A stretch of DNA of 64,000 nucleotides from Candidatus Poribacteria bacterium (GCA_036339735.1 JAYZAL010000019.1:1-64000), one strand, 5' to 3'. Positions 40,103-50,870 are shown, numbered from the stretch's first letter. Translations and numbers: made by a program. Notes: a model not told the origin generated them from the letters alone.

Positions 40103-42061
40103 TTGGACACGAATACCAAAATAGATTTTTTCAATTCAGTCCGATATCATCGAATTTTGCCGATAACCTTGACATGGATTATTTTACAAACCTGCTTGTA
40201 TGGTTATATTCATCTGAATGGTTTTGGTCAATTCATTGCTAATCACTTGCCAGTGGGTAGCGTCTTCTTTTTAGCACTTTTATCTTTTGTGGTTAACCCG
40301 TGCCTAGCACAATTTGGTAAAAGTGCTCATTTCTCTACGGCGGAGCTAACCCTTTCTTGGGCTATGGTCACTGCAGCTGCATCAGTTCCAGGTTATGGAT
40401 TAATGGAATTTATTTTCCCTTATGTTGCTGCTCCAGTTTACTTTTCTACGCCTGAGAACCAATGGTCGGAGCTGATTTTTCCTCATTTGAAGAGTTGGTT
40501 ATATGTTTCTGACCGATCAGCACTAGATAAATTCTGGATCGGTATCGGCCGGTACGACCTAATTCCTTGGTCAATATGGTTTAAACCTGTTTTTATTGCT
40601 ACCATTTTTGGTTTGTCATTCTTCTTGTCTGTATGCTGTTGGGCCGTTATCTTACGGCACCACTGGGTTGACAAAGTTCGCTACACCTTTCCATTAGTTC
40701 AAGTTGGTGCAAATTTAACTCAGGCAGATATCGGACAATACAAGTTCCAACCATTCTTTCGTAATCGGTTATTTATCTTCGGTCTCGCTCTTGCATCAAT
40801 GATTCACTTAATCCGAGGACTTCATTCGTTTTACCCCTTTTTACCGAGTATTCCACTTGACTATCCCATTCGGCATCTATTCCCTAACAAACCATGGCGT
40901 TCGATTGTAGAAGGATGGCCATTGCTGTTCCGGTTACGTTTGTCAGTAGTTGGTATCACCTATTTTCTACTTCCTGATGTAGCTGTTAGTATTTGGTTTT
41001 TCTTCCTGTTTTATAAAATTCAAGAGGTCGTAATTTCAGCTTTCTCCATCAATCGAGTAAATACTCAACAACAGGTTATGGGTGCCGTCTTAGTTTTAGC
41101 TTTGGTTTCAGCATGGCAAGCACGACGGCATCTTTATTCAGTTTGGCGAAACACATTTATACCGACAATACACAAACGTCTTTTCAACGATGATGATGAG
41201 CCATTGTCTTACCGAACCGCCGCATTAGGAATGATTAGTGGTTTTTTATTTATGGGTGGATTAGGGGTTGCTATGGGATTATCCGTTTGGATGGCATTAT
41301 TATTTGTTTTGTTGATGTGGATTCTAGCAACAACAGCTGCTTGGCATGTATCTAATGCCGGTTGCTTATTAGTCAATGTTGGTTTTACACCGTTTAATTT
41401 CTTCCGCATGATTTTCGGCAGTCGTATCCTAGGTGTACAAAATTTGATTTTATTAAGTTTCGATCGATCATCGATTCCAAATTGGTCCTCACAATCGCTA
41501 ATGGCCTACTCTATCCAAAATTTCCGTTTGGTCAATGTGCATCAACTCTCATCTAGAAAAATGAGATTACCCCACTGGATGTTAATAGCAGTAGTAATTT
41601 CGGCGATAGTCACCTTTTTTAGCACACTGACTTGGATTCACCATCGAGGTGCCATCAATTTAACTCCTTGGATTTTCAACGTTGGCCCCGGTGCTATGCG
41701 ACGAGCAGTTGGTGAAATACTGAACCCATCTACACCGAATTTCTCTGGTATATTAAGTGCTGGTGTTGGTGGTGGTATTATGTCATTATTACTCTTTATG
41801 AGACAACGATTTTTGTGGTGGCCACTTCATCCACTTGGATACGCATTAGGAGTCACTTGGGCTCCCTCTAGACTCTGGTTTTCTACCCTAATTGGTTGGG
41901 CCATAAAATTTCTCATTTTACGCATCGGAGGTTTTCGTGCTTTTCAGCGAGGCCAACCTTTTTTCTTGGGGCTAATCATAGGTGAATATTTCATGACAGC
42001 TATCTGGCAGATATCAGCTTTGAAAACGGGTATTGGCTACTGGGGCGGGCCACCAAGCTAA
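40103..42061 (+). CDS. Multi-TM membrane protein, DUF6785/DUF6784 type (paralogue of 36196-38112)
   Basis: 'RHHW..RYTFPLVQV', 'EPLSYR', 'WWPLHPLGY', 'PFFLGLIIGE'. Confidence 0.75.
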   Translation: MDTNTKIDFFNSVRYHRILPITLTWIILQTCLYGYIHLNGFGQFIANHLPVGSVFFLALLSFVVNPCLAQFGKSAHFSTAELTLSWAMVTAAASVPGYGLMEFIFPYVAAPVYFSTPENQWSELIFPHLKSWLYVSDRSALDKFWIGIGRYDLIPWSIWFKPVFIATIFGLSFFLSVCCWAVILRHHWVDKVRYTFPLVQVGANLTQADIGQYKFQPFFRNRLFIFGLALASMIHLIRGLHSFYPFLPSIPLDYPIRHLFPNKPWRSIVEGWPLLFRLRLSVVGITYFLLPDVAVSIWFFFLFYKIQEVVISAFSINRVNTQQQVMGAVLVLALVSAWQARRHLYSVWRNTFIPTIHKRLFNDDDEPLSYRTAALGMISGFLFMGGLGVAMGLSVWMALLFVLLMWILATTAAWHVSNAGCLLVNVGFTPFNFFRMIFGSRILGVQNLILLSFDRSSIPNWSSQSLMAYSIQNFRLVNVHQLSSRKMRLPHWMLIAVVISAIVTFFSTLTWIHHRGAINLTPWIFNVGPGAMRRAVGEILNPSTPNFSGILSAGVGGGIMSLLLFMRQRFLWWPLHPLGYALGVTWAPSRLWFSTLIGWAIKFLILRIGGFRAFQRGQPFFLGLIIGEYFMTAIWQISALKTGIGYWGGPPS

Positions 42062-42108
42062 AAGATTTTCTTACCCTAAAAGCCAACAAGTGTCTTAATA
42101 GCTTGATC

Positions 42109-42137
42109 TTGACAGTCTTTATGGCCAGTGCTATACT
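42109..42137 (+). promoter_or_regulatory. Sigma70 promoter
   Basis: TTGACA-17-TATACT with extended TG. Confidence 0.8.
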
Positions 42138-42174
42138 TGCGAAATGTCATTTTTTCACAAAGGAAACTAATCGA

Positions 42175-43188
42175 ATGAAAGTATCAAAGACAGTACCATT
42201 TATCACCATTTTGGCCATATGGCTGGTTATTTTAACCCCAAGTTGGTCCGGTCAATGGGAGACTCTTCAGCCAGTAGGTGACTTCGACTTTTTCTCAGTT
42301 GCTTTTATCAGTGCTACTGAAGGATTCGCTGTCGGTTCTGATCCCTTTGAATACGAAAAACCTGGGGCTATTGGGCATACTACTGACGGAGGGAAAACTT
42401 GGAAAAAAGTTGACAACGTCGCTTTCGAAAGTGACCTAAAATCCGTTTTTTTCGTTAACGAGAAAAACGGATGGGCTGTTGGAGCCAACGGTTTAATCGT
42501 CGCAACTGATGATGGGGGAAAAACTTGGGATCTCCAAACCAGCAAAGTCGGTAATGGTTTATCATGCGTAAGTTTTGTCGATACCAAAATTGGCTTCATT
42601 GGTGGTGAAGGTGAGACAATTCTAAAAACTACCAATGGTGGCCGAACTTGGAAGGTCTTGACTGGTGGTCAAGCAGCTAGCGGTTTTGGTGATGATGATA
42701 CCAGTGTTTTTAGTGCAATTCATTTTGCCGATGCTAATACTGGCTATGTAGCCGGTGTCAGAATCACACCATCCAATCAAGGTCAAGAAACCCTGATCCA
42801 GAAAACAACTGATGGAGGACAAACTTGGGTAAAACAGCCTACTAACACCGAGGATATTCTGGAAGATATGTACTTCATTAACGGAACTACGGGGTGGGCT
42901 GTTGGTGAGAACGGCGTTATTTTCACCACTACCGATGGTAATAGTTGGAAAGCTTTGGATAGTGGAAGTGAGGAAAAGCTAAGAAGCGTTCGCTTTGTCT
43001 CTGCTAATACCGGTTGGGCTGTTGGTGGAGATATGGGGGTGAATGTCATATTACAGACTGAGGATGGAGGAACGACCTGGACTGAACAAAGTAGTGGTAA
43101 ATTATTCGCTTACGACGTTTTTTCTCTTGACGCTAACAACGTATGGATTGCTGGACAAAATGCCATCATCATGAAATATACTAAATAG
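42175..43188 (+). CDS. YCF48-related BNR-repeat beta-propeller, exported
   Basis: Signal peptide; repeated 'GWAVG..G.I..T.DGG.TW'; start set at MKVSK with AAGGA RBS. Confidence 0.92.
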   Translation: MKVSKTVPFITILAIWLVILTPSWSGQWETLQPVGDFDFFSVAFISATEGFAVGSDPFEYEKPGAIGHTTDGGKTWKKVDNVAFESDLKSVFFVNEKNGWAVGANGLIVATDDGGKTWDLQTSKVGNGLSCVSFVDTKIGFIGGEGETILKTTNGGRTWKVLTGGQAASGFGDDDTSVFSAIHFADANTGYVAGVRITPSNQGQETLIQKTTDGGQTWVKQPTNTEDILEDMYFINGTTGWAVGENGVIFTTTDGNSWKALDSGSEEKLRSVRFVSANTGWAVGGDMGVNVILQTEDGGTTWTEQSSGKLFAYDVFSLDANNVWIAGQNAIIMKYTK

Positions 43189-43199
43189 AACTTGATATA

Positions 43200-44363
43200 A
43201 TGGTTTTTGCAACACGAATGGATCAGTTGGGAACAGAATCAGCTTTTGAAGTTCTCGCAAGAGCTAAAGCATTAGAAGCTGAAGGACGAGATGTTGTTCA
43301 TTTAGAGATAGGGCAACCCGATTTTTCCACACCTGATAATATCTGCCGGGCTGCCTATGAAGCCATGAAACAGGGACATACTGGATATGCTCCTTCTGCT
43401 GGCTTAGACGAACTAAGAAATACTGTCGCTGATCATATAACCCAAACACGTGGCGTTCTAGTTAATGCATCAGAAGTTACCATAACGCCTGGCGCAAAAC
43501 CCATTATTCTCTTTACGATGCTAGCGTGTGTCAATGCTGGTGATGAGGTAATATACCCAGATCCTGGTTTCCCCATTTACCGCTCTCTTGTTGATTTTTT
43601 GTCTGCAGTACCCCGGCCTTTACCACTAAGAGAGTCAGTTGACTTTCGATTCCGAATCGAAGACTTAGTAGACCTAGCATCTGATCGTACGAAACTCCTG
43701 ATTATTAACTCTCCACAAAATCCCACCGGCGGTGTTCTAACAAGGGAAGACTTAGAAATTATTGCTGAGCTAGCCAACCGTCACGATTTTTATGTTCTGA
43801 GCGATGAAATCTATGCAAACTTGGTTTATGAAGGGCAACACGAAAGTATACTATCAGTGCCTGGTATGAAGGAGCGAACCATTTTACTAGATGGCCACTC
43901 CAAAACTTATGCTATGACTGGCTGGCGATTGGGCTATAGCGTGTCAACTTCAGAAATGTCGGAGAAAATAACTCGACTAATGATTAACTCCAATTCTTGT
44001 ACAGCAACCTTCACACAAATAGCAGGTGTAGAAGCACTGAAGAACTCTTCTGATTTTGTAGATCTGATGTTTGGCGAATTCCAGCGTCGTCGTGAAGTAA
44101 TTGTTGATGGCCTTAATTCTATTGAAGGCATTAGCTGTATCCGACCACAGGGTGCTTTTTATGCATTTCCTAATGTTAAAAACTTACCTTTACCTTGTAG
44201 TGAACTTTCTAATTACCTTCTCAATGATGCTGGCGTGGCTGTTTTATCGGGCGATTCTTTTGGAGAGATGGGAGATGGATACTTGAGAGTATCCTATGCT
44301 AACTCAATAGAAAATATTCAAATTGCCTTAGATCGAATACAGGAATCTTTAGCAAAGTTGTAG
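43200..44363 (+). CDS. PLP-dependent aminotransferase class I/II (aspartate aminotransferase-like)
   Basis: 'INSPQNPTG', 'SDEIY', 'SKTYAMTGWRLG'. Confidence 0.95.
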   Translation: MVFATRMDQLGTESAFEVLARAKALEAEGRDVVHLEIGQPDFSTPDNICRAAYEAMKQGHTGYAPSAGLDELRNTVADHITQTRGVLVNASEVTITPGAKPIILFTMLACVNAGDEVIYPDPGFPIYRSLVDFLSAVPRPLPLRESVDFRFRIEDLVDLASDRTKLLIINSPQNPTGGVLTREDLEIIAELANRHDFYVLSDEIYANLVYEGQHESILSVPGMKERTILLDGHSKTYAMTGWRLGYSVSTSEMSEKITRLMINSNSCTATFTQIAGVEALKNSSDFVDLMFGEFQRRREVIVDGLNSIEGISCIRPQGAFYAFPNVKNLPLPCSELSNYLLNDAGVAVLSGDSFGEMGDGYLRVSYANSIENIQIALDRIQESLAKL

Positions 44364-44364
44364 T

Positions 44365-45339
44365 ATGGCAGAAATCTACCTGTCGGCCACAGCGAAAATT
44401 CCGGCCAGTACAACTAATCTGGGTCCTGGTTTCGATGTATTAGGGATTGGTTTATCACTATATAGTCAGGTTATCTTGGAAGAGAAAGCTAGTGAGACTA
44501 AAATCATCTGTCTAGGTAAAGATTCAGAAAAAATTCCTATAACTCCAGATAACATTGCGTATCAGGCTGTGATGAAAATTTTCGATCATTTCGACTATCA
44601 TCCGCCAGGTATTCAACTCACTATTAATAATGGAATCCCTGCAATTCGAGGCTTAGGTGGAAGTGGTACAGCCATTCTTGGTGGTTTACTAACGGCAAAC
44701 TTGATTTGTCATAAAAGACTTGGAACTGAATCACTGAGTAATTCAGAAATTTTGTCTTTTGCCACTGAGTTTGAGGGGCATCCCGATAACGTGGCTGCGT
44801 CTTTATTTGGTGGAGTCGTCGTTTCTGCAATGGAACATTCAAATAAAGATCGTCTTCCATCAATCAAGAGTATCAAGTTACTGCCCCCATCCGATTTACG
44901 TCTAATAATAGCTATTCCTGACTTCACACTCCCAACCCAAAAAGCTCGTAACATACTACCGAATTCGGTTAACTTCTCGGATGCGGTTTTCAATATTGGT
45001 CGATCATCTCTACTAGTAGCAGCATTAGCGACTGGTAACTTAGATCTACTAGCAACAGCTATGCAAGATCAGTTGCATCAGCCATACCGTGCAAAGCTTA
45101 TTCCTGGTTTTAACGAAGTTATTGAGGCAGCTATGTCCGCAGGAGCTTTAAGTGTTTCTTTGAGTGGTGCAGGACCGACAATGATCGCATATGCACGTTC
45201 TTCATCAAATACTAACGAAATCTCTGAAAAGATGGCATATGCATTTAAAAATAACGGTCTAAGCAGCCAAACACAAATACTTTGTGTGGATACGAATGGT
45301 GCAGAGGTAGGTTCACCTTCTATAAAATCCAGTCGTTGA
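44365..45339 (+). CDS. thrB: Homoserine kinase
   Basis: 'PASTTNLGPGFD', 'RGLGGSG', 'EGHPDNV', 'LHQPYR', 'SGAGPT'. Confidence 0.96.
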   Translation: MAEIYLSATAKIPASTTNLGPGFDVLGIGLSLYSQVILEEKASETKIICLGKDSEKIPITPDNIAYQAVMKIFDHFDYHPPGIQLTINNGIPAIRGLGGSGTAILGGLLTANLICHKRLGTESLSNSEILSFATEFEGHPDNVAASLFGGVVVSAMEHSNKDRLPSIKSIKLLPPSDLRLIIAIPDFTLPTQKARNILPNSVNFSDAVFNIGRSSLLVAALATGNLDLLATAMQDQLHQPYRAKLIPGFNEVIEAAMSAGALSVSLSGAGPTMIAYARSSSNTNEISEKMAYAFKNNGLSSQTQILCVDTNGAEVGSPSIKSSR

Positions 45340-45413
45340 TTTCTGTACAAACAAGTAACAAATCCACTCATCTTCTAAGCTTTTGCTATATTTAATTTAA
45401 ATTGCGATCTGAT

Positions 45414-48218
45414 ATGATAGACTGGTCTACAAAGACAATCCCTAATCTCCTACATGATTTAGATACAGACATAGACAGGGGGCTGTCTGCCGACGAAGCG
45501 GCGAAAAGACTTATACAAAATGGCAAAAATAGCCCAGTTGGTAAATCCTTTATTGGTGAAAGTTTTTTTAGTTGGTGTGTGAATCAACTCCCACTTTTAT
45601 TACTTTACTCAGGGGCACTTTTCCTTCTTATTATTCCTCATTTTTTGGCAAAATCAGAACAATTATCTTTAGAAGTCATCTCGAGTACTATTTTTATTAG
45701 TATTGTCTTTTTTGTAAAAATCTCACTTCGAATTTATCAAAGACAAAAAATAATATCAAATAGACAAAAAATATGGTCAGCCTCCGAAGTTCAGGTGCCT
45801 GTGATGCGAGATGGAACAATTGTTTGGTTACTACCCCATCTGGTCGTTCAAGGTGATTTACTATTGCTATTTCCCGGTGGATATGTCGCAGCAGACGCGC
45901 GAATTGTTGAAACTGAAGAAATGGTCTCAGATGAAAGTCCGATTTTTCGTCGATCGGTATTTAGCACTAAAACAGCTGATGTTTTAGAACAGAGTAAACC
46001 TTTGACGGAACAAAGAAACATTTTATTCGGTGGAACTTATGTGATCGATGGACAAGGACGAGCCATAGTAGTAGAAACTGGTAAGAACCTGCAAATCAAT
46101 CAAAGACATCAGCAATCTAACTTGGAAAACGATGAATTAGAATCAGATGCTGAAAATACTGGCAATTTCTTGACAAACAGCTTCACTATAATAGGCGTAC
46201 TGATCTCATTGTTCTTTTTTGCCCTTTACTATTTTGCTCAACCATTTAGTTTTTGGTCTAGCCAAAGTCTATCGGAAATATTGATCAAATTGGCCCCAGT
46301 TTATAGCATTCTGTTAGTAGTAGTTCCGTTTGATCTTAAGCATTTGATTAATACAGGTTTAAACGAATCTGCTTACCGAATTTTTAAACATGGGGCTTCA
46401 ATCCGAAAGTTGATTGATGTTGAACGACTGAGCAATTTGACAAGTCTTTGTATACAGCAAGCTACCAACTTTACTATGAATACCTTTTCAGTTTCTCATA
46501 TCATAGTTGAGGGCCAATATATCGGCAAGTCAATTTGGAAACAGTTGAATTTAACAGAACAAGAAATTACCAATTTAGAAGAAATAGAAAATGAGACAGT
46601 TATTAAACCAATGAATGAAGAAATACCTTCAACATTTCCTTGGTTATTATGGGGGGCTAGCCAGTGTATTAAACACACTACTCACCCAATTTTATCTCAA
46701 GATGGGACTGTTTTCCCAGAGATTGATGACTCCTTGACTTTACTACTAGAAGACTCTATTCGAACAAATGAAATTGACCTGACGGAGTATGAGAACACCT
46801 ACGAGCGCGTGGCACAAATTCCACAAACTGAAGACCATCCCTACACTTCATTACTATTCATGGCTAATACAACAGATAACGCACCTGCGGGGCAATTTTT
46901 ACAACTCTCGTTCGGACCAATAGATGAAATTCTACATGCGAGCTGGGATATTCAGTTAAATCAAGGGATAAACCAGTTGACGGCTGACCAAAAGTTATAT
47001 TTGTCGCAGCTATCCCGACAATTTTCCGTTGAAGAGAATGGACTTCCAAAACCATCTTACACCCTAGGTTTTGGCTTCAGAAGCTTCGCAAACCGGCCCA
47101 CACAAGAAGACATGTGGTCGGACTTGACATTCTTGGGAGCAATTGCTTTTCGCCAACCTAATTATATGGGTATTGAATCATCAATTAGCGAATGTTTATC
47201 ATCAGGCATGAAAGTTATTATGATGTCAGACCAACCACCAGACCAAGCATCTGATGTTGCACATGAATTAGGTCTAATCCATGATTCGAACGCTGTCACA
47301 AGCGGCGAAGATTTGACAGCCATGGACGAAACCCAATACGATTCCATGGTTGAATTGTTATTAGTCTATTCCCAAACTTCAGCTGAGCAACGAAGGAACA
47401 TTGTTCAGCATTTAAGAAGGCGAGGACATAATATCGGTTTTTGGGGGCAAAGCAACGAAGATTTGAGGACAATGAGAACCGCTAATATTAGCTTCGTTAG
47501 CGCAAACAATGTACCACATTTACTACAACGCAATTCAGGTGTGGTCGTTAATCAATTAGGCTTCGATGTCATAGTGAAAACTTTGCTAAAGGCTAGACAA
47601 GCATATGCGAACCTCAGGAATTGGGTACGTTGGTACCTATCTTGCGTTGTAGCTCAGTCTTTGACACTTGTGGCAGGATTAAGTATACATATCTTTGATC
47701 CTAACCGTTTCCCTTTGGTATTAGACCTTCCCCATTTATTCTGGATCAACCTATTAGTTATTGCTTTTCCATGCTTAGCGATTATTTACAAAAAAGATCA
47801 TGGTAGCTTGATAAAAGACAAACCTGAAAAAACACCACCATTTCTGGTTAAGAATGTATATTCTGACTTTGTTATGCGGGGCATAATTATTTCACTGATA
47901 TCATTAGTCAGTTACGCATTCTCTGTCAATAGTAAGGGTGATTCAATTCAAACGGTTACTTGTACTACGTTGATTTTCAGTCAGTTATTCTCTGTGTTCC
48001 AGTGTTTTCGGCACAAAGATGACAGATTGATCGAAGTTCTTCAGTCAAATATCTGGGTGCTGATGACTATATTGTTTAGTGTCATCCTACACATAACTAT
48101 TATCAGCTTTCCATATCTACAAACGGCTATTGGCTTTACCAATATAACACACGAATGGCAGTGGATTATTCCCTTATCCATCTTGATGTTTCTACCTTTA
48201 AATCTTACGTCGCGATAG
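45414..48218 (+). CDS. Type II cation-transporting P-type ATPase homologue with degenerate catalytic motifs
   Basis: Overall architecture kept ('GLSADEAAKRL..GKN', 'V.RDG', 'ADARI', 'LTFLG', 'LFWINL'), but DKTGT, TGES, TGD and GDGxND are absent. Confidence 0.8.
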   Translation: MIDWSTKTIPNLLHDLDTDIDRGLSADEAAKRLIQNGKNSPVGKSFIGESFFSWCVNQLPLLLLYSGALFLLIIPHFLAKSEQLSLEVISSTIFISIVFFVKISLRIYQRQKIISNRQKIWSASEVQVPVMRDGTIVWLLPHLVVQGDLLLLFPGGYVAADARIVETEEMVSDESPIFRRSVFSTKTADVLEQSKPLTEQRNILFGGTYVIDGQGRAIVVETGKNLQINQRHQQSNLENDELESDAENTGNFLTNSFTIIGVLISLFFFALYYFAQPFSFWSSQSLSEILIKLAPVYSILLVVVPFDLKHLINTGLNESAYRIFKHGASIRKLIDVERLSNLTSLCIQQATNFTMNTFSVSHIIVEGQYIGKSIWKQLNLTEQEITNLEEIENETVIKPMNEEIPSTFPWLLWGASQCIKHTTHPILSQDGTVFPEIDDSLTLLLEDSIRTNEIDLTEYENTYERVAQIPQTEDHPYTSLLFMANTTDNAPAGQFLQLSFGPIDEILHASWDIQLNQGINQLTADQKLYLSQLSRQFSVEENGLPKPSYTLGFGFRSFANRPTQEDMWSDLTFLGAIAFRQPNYMGIESSISECLSSGMKVIMMSDQPPDQASDVAHELGLIHDSNAVTSGEDLTAMDETQYDSMVELLLVYSQTSAEQRRNIVQHLRRRGHNIGFWGQSNEDLRTMRTANISFVSANNVPHLLQRNSGVVVNQLGFDVIVKTLLKARQAYANLRNWVRWYLSCVVAQSLTLVAGLSIHIFDPNRFPLVLDLPHLFWINLLVIAFPCLAIIYKKDHGSLIKDKPEKTPPFLVKNVYSDFVMRGIIISLISLVSYAFSVNSKGDSIQTVTCTTLIFSQLFSVFQCFRHKDDRLIEVLQSNIWVLMTILFSVILHITIISFPYLQTAIGFTNITHEWQWIIPLSILMFLPLNLTSR

Positions 48219-48413
48219 CTGTCAATCTTATTCCAATAGAATCCAATAGGACTGATTAGAGACTAAATTAGATCTTGTTAGTCTAAATAAACATACGCGT
48301 ATTTTGATTTGTTTTTACACACTTCAATATTTCTTGGTTAATTTATTTAGTTATAATGCCGGAAAGCATCAAAACTTTATTTCTCATATTTCATAAGCAT
48401 CAAGGAGAAAGTT

Positions 48414-49172
48414 TTGACAATAACACCAACTACATTTAACATCCACCAACACTCTGAACTCCGGTCAAAAATTACATCTGAGCAGTCATTAGGAATGGTT
48501 AAAATCCCCTCTGGCCACTTCGATATGGGGAGTCTAGAAAAAGATAATGAAGAACCAATTCACAAAGTTGAAATTAGTTCTTTTTTAATAGATATAAGAC
48601 CTGTTACTGTAGGTGAATTTCGCAAGTTTGTTGAAGCTACTCAGCGTAAACCACCTAGCTGGGACCATATTCTGATAGATTCTCCAACGGACGACCATCC
48701 TATCATTTATATAAGCTGGCGGGATGCCATGTCCTATGCAGAATGGGTGGGTAAACGTTTACCCACTGAAGCCGAATGGGAATATGCCGCTGGTGGTGGA
48801 ATCAGTCAGTTAGATTTTAATTCGTTGGACAATATCAATTTCTATGGTCAAAAACGGATGACCAATGTCGCTGGTGAGTATCCACCCAACGGCTATGGTT
48901 TATATGACATGCGAGGGAATGTATGGGAATGGTGCCTAGACGCTTATATCAAGAACGCATATAATGATTGCAAGCGTCTAAACCCAATTATCTTGCCAAA
49001 AAGTGAGTTGGATAGAAAAGAATTAATGTTTACTAGCCTGTCAAGAGTGATCAGAGGTGGAAGTTGGAATAACTACGCGTTAGCAACTAGAATATCTTTT
49101 CGTGCTCATCAATCTCCACAACAATTCTATGATTACAACGGATTTCGCTGTGTCATGGATACTGACAGCTAA
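48414..49172 (+). CDS. FGE-sulfatase (SUMF1/EgtB/PvdO) domain protein
   Basis: 'F.MGS', 'RLPTEAEWEYAA', 'NGYGLYDMRGNVWEW', 'RGGSW', 'GFRC'. Confidence 0.92.
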   Translation: MTITPTTFNIHQHSELRSKITSEQSLGMVKIPSGHFDMGSLEKDNEEPIHKVEISSFLIDIRPVTVGEFRKFVEATQRKPPSWDHILIDSPTDDHPIIYISWRDAMSYAEWVGKRLPTEAEWEYAAGGGISQLDFNSLDNINFYGQKRMTNVAGEYPPNGYGLYDMRGNVWEWCLDAYIKNAYNDCKRLNPIILPKSELDRKELMFTSLSRVIRGGSWNNYALATRISFRAHQSPQQFYDYNGFRCVMDTDS

Positions 49173-49182
49173 GGAAAAAACG

Positions 49183-49917
49183 ATGCTAACAAATAAGCAA
49201 ATTGCTTCTTTTAAAGATGATGGTTTTTTAATTTTGGAAAATGCCATTGATCAGGATCTTCTCTCTAGTTGGCAAACAGAATTTTGGTATACTCTGGGTG
49301 GTAAATTTGAAGATGATGAAACTTGGCCTATAGACCAAACTTTCATCAGTAGATGGAGATTTACACCACCTTATCCAAATATAGCTACAATACCAGCTGT
49401 TCAAGCGGCAGCTTATGATTTGGGTGGTGAGAATTTCTTTGGTGGCGGTGGTGCCCCCATAATTAAATGGCCTTCTCAAAAGGCTAATTGGTCTATGCCT
49501 ATGAGTAGCCATATTGATGGCTATGGAGGACCAGCACAACATCCTGCTGGCGGATTAACCTTAGGCGCAACCATGTATCTCCATGACGTTGAAGAGAAAG
49601 GTGGTGGATTTATCTACTGGCCGGGTACTCACTTGAATGTACATGATTACTTTCGTGAGCGCCCAGAACATATTGATGGTAGTTTTCTAGATGCTGATGA
49701 TTGGAACCACACTAAATTTTCTCATGGATCCAAACCAGTTGAGTTTGTAGCAGCAGCAGGAACAGTATTACTTTGGCATGGATTTTTATCCCATAATGGT
49801 TCAACTAATGTTCAAAATACTCCTCGGATTGGAATTTTTGGTCGGTGGCATTACACCAAATTGCAAGAGATGCGGTACGACATATTAGATGATTTGTGGA
49901 AACACTGGTCGATCTAG
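49183..49917 (+). CDS. Phytanoyl-CoA dioxygenase family protein
   Basis: 'F.DDGFLILENAI', 'HIDG', 'AGTVLLWHGFLSH'; start at MLTNKQ with AAGGA RBS. Confidence 0.88.
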   Translation: MLTNKQIASFKDDGFLILENAIDQDLLSSWQTEFWYTLGGKFEDDETWPIDQTFISRWRFTPPYPNIATIPAVQAAAYDLGGENFFGGGGAPIIKWPSQKANWSMPMSSHIDGYGGPAQHPAGGLTLGATMYLHDVEEKGGGFIYWPGTHLNVHDYFRERPEHIDGSFLDADDWNHTKFSHGSKPVEFVAAAGTVLLWHGFLSHNGSTNVQNTPRIGIFGRWHYTKLQEMRYDILDDLWKHWSI

Positions 49918-49943
49918 CTGATGGTCTGTTTGAGTTTTGTTTG

Positions 49944-49972
49944 TTGACAAGATTTTAACATTGAAATATAAT
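49944..49972 (+). promoter_or_regulatory. Consensus sigma70 promoter for the LamG genes
   Basis: Exact TTGACA-17-TATAAT. Confidence 0.9.
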
Positions 49973-50010
49973 ACCACCCCTAAATTTATTATTTAAAATC
50001 AGGAGATTGC

Positions 50011-50814
50011 ATGAAAACATTCAGGTTTATTATTGTTGCTCTAGCTGTTTTGTTCGTGATCGCACCACTGCTTCACCTCGCACAAGCTAAATCAACAGGG
50101 GGTCCTGAACCTTCTCTGATACTCTATTTACCTTTCGATGAAGGCGAAGGAAATATTGCTGGAGATTCCTCAAGGTATGGTAATCATGGTAACCTACAAG
50201 GAATGAAACCAAATTTGCCTAATTGGGTCGATGGTAAATTCGGTAAAGCCCTCGAATTCAACGGTCAAAATAATTGGGTTGAAGTTCCACATAAAGATAT
50301 TCTATCTGTTGACAAGGCCGTCACAGTTATGGCTTGGATTAAGGCAAAACGCCATACAGGCGGATCAACCAAAGCTCAATGGGCCGGTGTTGTTACCAAA
50401 GGTAATAATCCAAGATCCTACAGTTTATATACTACAACAGATGGTGGTGGTGCCTTACACTTTAGCTCGATGGGCGGTTCTACCAGTGCATTGACAGTTG
50501 AGTTGAATAAATGGCAACACGTGGTCGCACAACACACTGGCAAATCACACATCTACTACGTAAATGGTGAGCTAGCAGGTGAATTTGATGGTAAAGCAGC
50601 ACTACCTGGTCTAAAAGACGATGCTAGTGTGATGATTGCTCGAAGCCACGAAGGTTCACGTGAATTTGAAGGCATCATTGATGAAGTCAAGATTTGGAAT
50701 CGTGTTTTAAGCGAAAAAGAAGTCAATCACCATATGAGCGTGGGTAAAGGTCAAGTCTCAGTTGAGCCGGAAGGTAAATTAGCAACAACTTGGAGCCAAC
50801 TAAAACGCCTATAA
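50011..50814 (+). CDS. Secreted LamG/concanavalin A-like domain protein
   Basis: Signal peptide, 'GKFGKALEFNG', 'WQHVV', 'GIIDEVKIWNRVLS', tail 'VEPEGKLATTWSQLK'. Confidence 0.92.
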   Translation: MKTFRFIIVALAVLFVIAPLLHLAQAKSTGGPEPSLILYLPFDEGEGNIAGDSSRYGNHGNLQGMKPNLPNWVDGKFGKALEFNGQNNWVEVPHKDILSVDKAVTVMAWIKAKRHTGGSTKAQWAGVVTKGNNPRSYSLYTTTDGGGALHFSSMGGSTSALTVELNKWQHVVAQHTGKSHIYYVNGELAGEFDGKAALPGLKDDASVMIARSHEGSREFEGIIDEVKIWNRVLSEKEVNHHMSVGKGQVSVEPEGKLATTWSQLKRL

Positions 50815-50828
50815 ACTAAAACCTACTC

Positions 50829-50859
50829 AAAACGCGGCTCATCTGAGTCGCGTTTTTTT
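50829..50859 (+). terminator. Intrinsic terminator
   Basis: AAAACGCGGCTCA-TC-TGAGTCGCGTTTTTTT. Confidence 0.8.
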
Positions 50860-50870
50860 ATGGGAGGAAA

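Noticed and set aside
48414-49172. True formylglycine-generating enzyme for the sulfatases
   Set aside because: Lacks the catalytic cysteine pair after RGGS; only the FGE-like fold is supported.
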